A stretch of 64,000 nt of DNA from positions 3,360,001-3,424,000 of the forward strand of contig OZ251518.1 in NCBI GenBank assembly GCA_965242965.1. The letters are read 5' to 3'. This document shows positions 58,487-64,000 of the stretch, piece by piece. Source of the stretch: Candidatus Poribacteria bacterium (GTDB lineage: Bacteria > Poribacteria > WGA-4E > WGA-3G). Within the stretch, counting starts at the first letter, position 1. Each line of letters opens with the position of its first letter. The translations under genes and the position numbers were made by a program. The notes below the pieces were generated by a model. That model was given only the letters and a program-made list of their open reading frames with translations. It was not told the origin of the DNA and did not search any database.

Positions 58487-61456
58487 CTATTTCAGGATGA
58501 CCATCTTGCGCGTAGCGGTGAAATCCTGTGTCTGGAGGGTATAGAAATAGATACCGCTCGCGACACGCTCACCGACTTCGTTTCTGCCATCCCAGTAGGC
58601 TGCGCTAGAGGCAGTCATGTAAGAGCCAGTCGGCTGCCAACCCAGGTTGAGCGTCCGGACTAAACGGCCGGATGAATCGTAAATGTGGATTGTGACTTCA
58701 GTTGCTTTGTTCAACTGATAGGGAATCCACGTTTCCGGGTTGAACGGATTCGGGAAGTTCTGTGCGAGGATGGTGTCCTTCGGTTGCACATCGCCGACAC
58801 GCAGTTGCAGCGTGAGGAAGGCATTCCGGATATCCGCGGTTGTCACCGTGCGCTGGAAGGGCCCGGAGACGATTGCGCCGCGCTCGTCATGGAGCGTGAT
58901 TTCGACTTTGTCACCGGCTTCCACGACGCTCTTCCGATTCATGTCTGCCCAGACAGCGGAACTCCGCTTCGCATCACTATTGACGCGCTGGCTTGCGACA
59001 GTCCCAGTGCGCAGGTTCTCTGCGACGACGGTATAGGATGCGCCCGGCTCCATTCCCTGCAAGTCGCTTGTGACGATGAACGCCCACGCGCTCTTATAGG
59101 TGGAGAGTGCGGGTGCTGCGGGAGCAGCCTCTTCCGCAGGTGCGGGTGCTTCAGCAGCCTCTTCCTCACCGTTCTCTTCGGCGGCGGGTGCTTCAACTTC
59201 GGCTTCCTCGGCCGGTGCATCAGCAGCGGCTTCCTCAGCCGGTTCTTCCGCTGCCGGTTCCTCGGCAACGACAGGCTCTTCAGCCGGTGCATCAGCAGCT
59301 GGCTCTTCCACAGGTGTCTCAGCCGGTGTCTCGGCAACGACAGGCTCTTCAGCCGGTTCTTCCGCTGCCGGTTCCTCAGCAACAACAGGCTCTTCAGCCG
59401 GTTCTTCCGCTGCCGGTTCCTCAGCAACGACAGGCTCTTCAGCAGCCGGTTCCTCGGCAACTGCCGGTTCCTCGGCGGCGGGTTCCTCTTCAGCCGGTTC
59501 TTCCGCTGCCGGTTCCTCAGCAACGACAGGTTCTTCAGCAGCCGGTTCTTCAGCAGGTGCCTCGGTCGGCTCTTCGGCGGGTTCCTCAGCCGGTTCTTCC
59601 GTTGTCGGGTTTGACCAGGCTTTACCCGTGAACGTTACAACACCACCAGCCGGCGTATTGACGATATACCCGCGTCCGCCATCAATGGCAAACCCAGCAT
59701 CGCCTTCAGCGACGGTGTAGCCGACAAAGTTCTGCGTAGTAGCATCCAGTTTGATGACAATCGTTGAACCCAGCATATCCGCGAGGGATTTCGCGGTGTA
59801 AGGTTCTGCTGGCATCAACGGGATAGAAATCATATTCAATCCCGGTTCCAGTGCAACATCAAAACCGGATTCTTCCGGCATCATGGGCTCTGTGACGACT
59901 GGCTCTGTCGGTTCCGCCGGTACCACTGGTTCCGTCGGTTCCACCGGCATTGGAGCCGAAACAGGCGTAATCGTCAGCATGGCTACCGGTCCTGTCCATG
60001 CAAATGCTTCGCCGACCTCCGCGCCGCCTTGGATGCCCGCGTGTTCAGCGATAACGCCACCTTCAGTTGGGACACGCGCGTTGCTACCCTCGGGGTCTGC
60101 CGCGGCATCTAAACCGAGCGGGCCGGGGATGTCTGATGCCATCTCCGTATTCTCTTCACTGCCAGCATCGTAAGCATTGAGCTCCAGGCTCATTGTTACG
60201 GGCGCGCCCTCTTCATCAAAGAGCGCAAAATCGGTAAGCGCGATGAATCCATCATTCGTGGATACCAACATCGCTCCAACAGAGAGCGAGGAGTTGGCTG
60301 TGTCAGCCGTTACCGTAGCGGTGGCACTCCCGCCGGGCGGAACAACGCCATCTGCAACGACAACGGATGCTTCCACGGCTGTTGCCAGCGTAACGAGCCC
60401 TGACGTATCACCACCCTCAGCGAGAGCAACGATTGCCTCGCTAGCAGGTTCACCCATCGGGGCGAGATTAATGCCAGCGGCGTGCGCAACAAATATAGGA
60501 GGTGAAAGAACTTGTCCCCCTGCTCCAGCTTCACCGGTGGTGAGATTCGTCAGGGTAACTTCAAACATTTGGCTGGTGGGCATCTCATCAGCGGCTGCGT
60601 CGTCATCGGCGGCTGCGTCGTCATCGGCAGCTGCGTCATCATCAGCGGCTGCGTCATCATCAGCGGCTGCGTCGTCATCAGCGGCTGCGTCGTCATCAGC
60701 GGCTGCGTCATCATCAGCGGCTGCGTCATCATCAGCGGCTGCGTCGTCATCGGCAGCTGCGTCATCATCAGCGGCTGCGTCGTCATCAGCGGCTGCGTCA
60801 TCATCGGCGGCTGCGTCATCATCAGCGGCTGCGTCATCATCGGCGGCTGCGTCATCATCAGCGGCTGCGTCATCATCAGCGGCTGCGTCATCATCAGCGG
60901 CTGCGTCGTCATCGGCGGCTGCGTCGTCATCAGCAGCACCATCGCCCTCGGCAGGTGCTTCATCCGCGGCGGCTGCAACGGTAACCGCGCCGTCCATCGT
61001 TGTGGAATCTAACGCGGCGGCGGCAGCATCGGAAATGAGGACACCGCTCAACGTAATGGCAGACGCTTTTGCCTCAACAACCATGAACGTCACCGTAGCG
61101 AGGGTGCCATCGCCATCAGAGGTTGCGCCTATAGCAACTGCAGCAAGTGGGATACTGCTGTCAGTCGGATCGCTCTGAACTGGTACTGCGCCCGCGGGCA
61201 GGTAATCCCCATTTGCACTAGAAACATAACTGAGCGCAGTGGGATCGAAATTGACAGTCACCTGATAACCGGCGACACCAACACCACCCGCGATGTTAAT
61301 ACTCACCGTCAGTTCTTCCCCGACGGCCGGGGAGGCTACTTCAGCAGGCTCTACAGAGACGACGGCTTGGCCGTAACTCATCGCTGTGAAACCCAAGCAC
61401 ATCACAACAGCTAATAAGGAAAATAGGATTTTCCTATTGAAAAGCTGAATTTTCAT
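58487..61456 (-). CDS. Secreted cohesin + Asp/Ala repeat + Spondin_N + Glu/Pro/Ala repeat + FlgD-Ig C-terminal domain protein
   Basis: Cohesin ([27 protein letters not shown]); Spondin_N (VTLTNLT..LSP....[24 protein letters not shown]); [36 protein letters not shown]. Confidence 0.85.
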   Translation of the reverse strand: MKIQLFNRKILFSLLAVVMCLGFTAMSYGQAVVSVEPAEVASPAVGEELTVSINIAGGVGVAGYQVTVNFDPTALSYVSSANGDYLPAGAVPVQSDPTDSSIPLAAVAIGATSDGDGTLATVTFMVVEAKASAITLSGVLISDAAAAALDSTTMDGAVTVAAAADEAPAEGDGAADDDAAADDDAAADDDAAADDDAAADDDAAADDDAAADDDAAADDDAAADDDAAADDDAAADDDAAADDDAAADDDAAADDDAAADDDAAADDDAAADDDAAADDDAAADDDAAADEMPTSQMFEVTLTNLTTGEAGAGGQVLSPPIFVAHAAGINLAPMGEPASEAIVALAEGGDTSGLVTLATAVEASVVVADGVVPPGGSATATVTADTANSSLSVGAMLVSTNDGFIALTDFALFDEEGAPVTMSLELNAYDAGSEENTEMASDIPGPLGLDAAADPEGSNARVPTEGGVIAEHAGIQGGAEVGEAFAWTGPVAMLTITPVSAPMPVEPTEPVVPAEPTEPVVTEPMMPEESGFDVALEPGLNMISIPLMPAEPYTAKSLADMLGSTIVIKLDATTQNFVGYTVAEGDAGFAIDGGRGYIVNTPAGGVVTFTGKAWSNPTTEEPAEEPAEEPTEAPAEEPAAEEPVVAEEPAAEEPAEEEPAAEEPAVAEEPAAEEPVVAEEPAAEEPAEEPVVAEEPAAEEPAEEPVVAETPAETPVEEPAADAPAEEPVVAEEPAAEEPAEEAAADAPAEEAEVEAPAAEENGEEEAAEAPAPAEEAAPAAPALSTYKSAWAFIVTSDLQGMEPGASYTVVAENLRTGTVASQRVNSDAKRSSAVWADMNRKSVVEAGDKVEITLHDERGAIVSGPFQRTVTTADIRNAFLTLQLRVGDVQPKDTILAQNFPNPFNPETWIPYQLNKATEVTIHIYDSSGRLVRTLNLGWQPTGSYMTASSAAYWDGRNEVGERVASGIYFYTLQTQDFTATRKMVILK
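59150..59600 (-). repeat. Coding repeat [11 protein letters not shown]
   Basis: Degenerate GAAGAGCCTG/GAGGAACCGGC units. Confidence 0.85.
60591..60932 (-). repeat. 18-bp coding tandem repeat, 19 copies (ADDDAA)
   Basis: GCGGCTGCGTC(A/G)TCATC(A/G) x19 on the + strand, with synonymous variation only. Confidence 0.95.
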
Positions 61457-61639
61457 TAGATACTCCTTCTAATTTTAACATTTTGGCGTTCGCGCGCCCT
61501 CGCGGACAGCGCGAGCGAATTTCACGTTTGAGAAACGCACTCCACGGAAAGACAGGAGCAGTTCATTATTCACTATCGGCGTGTTGCCGTTACGCGCACG
61601 ACAGCGGATGTCTCAAACGTCGATTTCTTATCAGATACA

Positions 61640-61668
61640 AGTTTACCTTAATGCCAGAAAATTGTCAA
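61640..61668 (-). promoter_or_regulatory. Sigma70 promoter for the cohesin-spondin gene
   Basis: TTGACA-17 bp-TAAACT on the minus strand. Confidence 0.7.
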
Positions 61669-61781
61669 GACAAAACGCATTTGCGCCAGATAATTTCCCA
61701 GACGTTTGCAATAGGCACACTTTTTCTGATGCTAACCTTAATTATACCATAAATTTAAAGATAATGCAACAAAAAATCACA

Positions 61782-62414
61782 TTAACTCGTCGCGCGGGGT
61801 GCAAGCGTGTTCCAAACATCGCCTAATTCGGAAACGGCACGGTAAACCGGGTAAAGTGCCTCCCACATCGCTTTGCGGGCGGATTCGGCAGCAGCGGTAT
61901 CACCTGATGCGAGTGCCTCCGTGAGTTGCACGCCCATTTCTTGCTGAACCGCCGCGCACGTTTCAGTCAACTCTGCCAACAATTGCGCCGCATGTATCTG
62001 GCGCGTGACGAGTTCGGGCACCGATATCTGCATATCCGGCACCACATCGTAGGCGCGCGCCGACGCGAAATTGTGCGGCAGCCGTTCACCCGACTCCGCA
62101 CGCGGCGTGTGCGTCGGATGGATATGCGGCGTAACAGACAGATACATCGTTATCGGCTCATCGCCGAGCACACGCACCGAGTGCGGCTGGTCTGCCAAAG
62201 CGATGCACATCTGCCCTGGCCCGAGCTCCTCGCTCTCGCCGTCAATTGTAAATTCAACGCGTCCCTCCAAAATGAGGAAAATCTCGTGCCCGAGGTCATG
62301 GCTATGCAGCTGCGCGCTTTGTCCCGGCTCCATTTTCAAGAACCGCGAGCGAATCTGTGGTGTCACCAGCACATTGCGGATATCCGTGCGGTAATCGTAA
62401 ACTGGAAATCCCAT
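61782..62414 (-). CDS. Cupin domain protein
   Basis: HSHDLGHEIFLILEG, GPGQM, PHSVR; GGAGG RBS. Confidence 0.88.
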   Translation of the reverse strand: MGFPVYDYRTDIRNVLVTPQIRSRFLKMEPGQSAQLHSHDLGHEIFLILEGRVEFTIDGESEELGPGQMCIALADQPHSVRVLGDEPITMYLSVTPHIHPTHTPRAESGERLPHNFASARAYDVVPDMQISVPELVTRQIHAAQLLAELTETCAAVQQEMGVQLTEALASGDTAAAESARKAMWEALYPVYRAVSELGDVWNTLAPRATS

Positions 62415-62478
62415 TGACAGCCTCCGTTTGAACGAATTATACCGTTTTTGCAGAAAAATGGCAAGAATATTCGTCTTC

Positions 62479-62603
62479 AGTAGGAATAAACTCCCGGTCT
62501 TGACTCCCCAGTAGGAAAGACCTCCTGGTCTCGATGCCCCCTAGTAGGAGAGACCTCCCGGTCTCGATGCAATACCGTAGGAGAGACCTCCCGGTCTCAA
62601 TGC
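62479..62603. repeat. REP cluster (GTAGGAGAGACC family x4)
   Basis: GTAGGA(G/A)AGACCTCC(C/T)GGTCTC units. Confidence 0.88.
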
Positions 62604-62844
62604 AGTTCCTATCCTTTGAGAGCACACGAAAATTAAGAATTTAAACGCCAGCAGCGTCTCGTTGCAAGAAAAAAGACGCTTTAGGAACGCTAGGCCCCAC
62701 ATGCCTATAATGTGGTTCCGGTATTTACGTTCTATAGACATTAAAGTCCTAATGGACCTTTCCTTCCTATGAAACGCTGGCAGACTTGTCAAACACCCTG
62801 CACTTATGCGGGCGCGCCCCATCGCAAACACGTGCGGCGCGAAA

Positions 62845-63405
62845 CTAGGCAGTCGGCGGCGAAGTCCCGTTATGTTTCTCCGCGGGATTCGGCTCGGTGA
62901 ACGGTTCGCCCGCCGCTTCCGCCGCTTGCCGGCGTTCCAGCCAGTCCAGCCAGGCATCGCGCTCCAATTCCTTGCCTCGTTCCTCGCCGAGTTTGATACC
63001 ACGTTCCTTGCCCCGTTCCTCGCCGAGTTTGATACCACGTTCCTCGCCGAGTTTGATACCACGTTCCTCACCGCGCGCCTCATGCGCCGCAATCCGAGAA
63101 CGCTGACGCTCCTCGATTTGCGCTTTCACGATTTCATATAGAATCATCAGAAACTCCCATATTACCAGAATAACGATAGGCGCAACACCCAGAATCGGTA
63201 AAGACTGCGACGTATCGTGAAGAATAGCACGAACGGTTTTGAAACCTCGCCAACCATCCGTCCCGATATAATCTGCAGCAGAGAAACCTGCGTAGACGAG
63301 CAGACTGATAACGAAGAGAAACAACGCATAGCCTACCCAACGACGCTTCACACCCAAAAACGGAACCCTGTCGTCTGCCCTATCGTTCAGTTGTTGATTT
63401 TTCAT
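62845..63405 (-). CDS. Hypothetical membrane protein with GEERGIKL repeats
   Basis: Two TM segments; 24-bp coding repeat at 62975-63075; upstream TTGACA-17 bp-GATACT (63468-63496, minus strand). Confidence 0.7.
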   Translation of the reverse strand: MKNQQLNDRADDRVPFLGVKRRWVGYALFLFVISLLVYAGFSAADYIGTDGWRGFKTVRAILHDTSQSLPILGVAPIVILVIWEFLMILYEIVKAQIEERQRSRIAAHEARGEERGIKLGEERGIKLGEERGKERGIKLGEERGKELERDAWLDWLERRQAAEAAGEPFTEPNPAEKHNGTSPPTA

Positions 63406-63746
63406 GCCGGTTGTAGTTCCTTTCGGTTCACCGTCCGGGCCGAAGGACCACCCGGCGATGTCATCATAGTATCACATATCTCGCGAGGAATGTCAAGTCC
63501 TTTTAGCTGACGACCGGACGATGCCGCTCGCCAAAACGGCGCGCGGGCACCTGTCCCCCGCGAGGACAGTCTAATACGCACCTCCGAAACGTAGCGCGGG
63601 GGCCTGTCCCCCGCGAGGGAGACTCGGCGAAGGACATCCCCCGTCCTACCAAAAAGGGGCCGTTCTTAACTGCTGGAAACAGGGTTGGAATTTCCCCTAT
63701 AGATGCATATAGTATACCACACTCATCCAAAAAATCGCAAAAAAAT

Positions 63747-63775
63747 TTGACATTTGCGCTGAAATAGGGTATAAT
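63747..63775 (+). promoter_or_regulatory. Consensus sigma70 promoter
   Basis: Exact TTGACA-17 bp-TATAAT with A-tract UP element. Confidence 0.85.
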
Positions 63776-63807
63776 ATAATAAACCGCTGACGCTTCAAAG
63801 CGAAAAA

Positions 63808-63979
63808 ATGATGCAAACGCTATTTTTCACCCCTCATCATCATCCGTTCCATGCCTGAGCAGAGCGGATTCGGATGATGCATAACACTGCGATGCCCCCG
63901 GTAAACTCACCGCTCTCCTCTGTGCAGCGCGATATTTGCGCGCCAGAGCAAAGTGCACTGTTTGCCGGGAATTTTTTTT
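63808..63979 (+). promoter_or_regulatory. Candidate leader peptide (MMQTLFFTPHHHPFHA) / attenuator
   Basis: ORF 63808-63858; stem CATCATCCG/CGGATGATG; CCCGGTAAAC/GTTTGCCGGG stem followed by T8. Confidence 0.5.
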
Positions 63980-64000
63980 AAGGTAGATTTTTTTTAAGGT

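Noticed and set aside
60177-61178. Ser/Ala- and CVIISG-repeat ORFs on the + strand
   Set aside because: Alternative frames of the 18-bp repeat; variation is synonymous only in the minus-strand ADDDAA frame
1-64000. tRNA, rRNA, transposase (including RAYT), integrase or prophage genes
   Set aside because: None recognised by eye; a tRNAscan/Infernal/HMM run would be needed to exclude them fully

Overview
A 64-kb bacterial chromosome segment of moderately high GC. It most likely comes from Candidatus Poribacteria (sponge-symbiont lineage), inferred from a LamG protein ending in VEPAGKLSTTWGxLK, a cohesin/FlgD-Ig protein, a DUF1549/1553 protein and a DUF6785-like protein. Housekeeping genes are rpoB-rpoC (stand-alone, own sigma70 promoter), a divergent EF-G paralogue, lon, fumC, degP/htrA, birA and a galU-like gene. 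The window also holds ABC transporters, oxidoreductases and four DNA methyltransferase/RM genes. No rRNA, tRNA or CRISPR array was seen. Main unusual observations: (1) both RNA polymerase subunits carry arrays of one ~39-aa repeat, 5 copies in beta and ~13 in a ~930-aa trigger-loop insertion of beta', and the repeat resembles an amplified native beta' N-terminal module; (2) adjacent secreted Reeler+dockerin and cohesin+Spondin_N proteins could assemble an F-spondin-like pair; (3) three MTase-Mrr-like paralogues have swapped central specificity segments; (4) several GTAG-REP families are packaged in cassettes bounded by GAGGGTGTTTCATA inverted repeats, and some REPs sit in frame inside genes; (5) a His-rich leader peptide/attenuator candidate lies at the right end. 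All domain calls are by-eye motif recognition; no database search was run.
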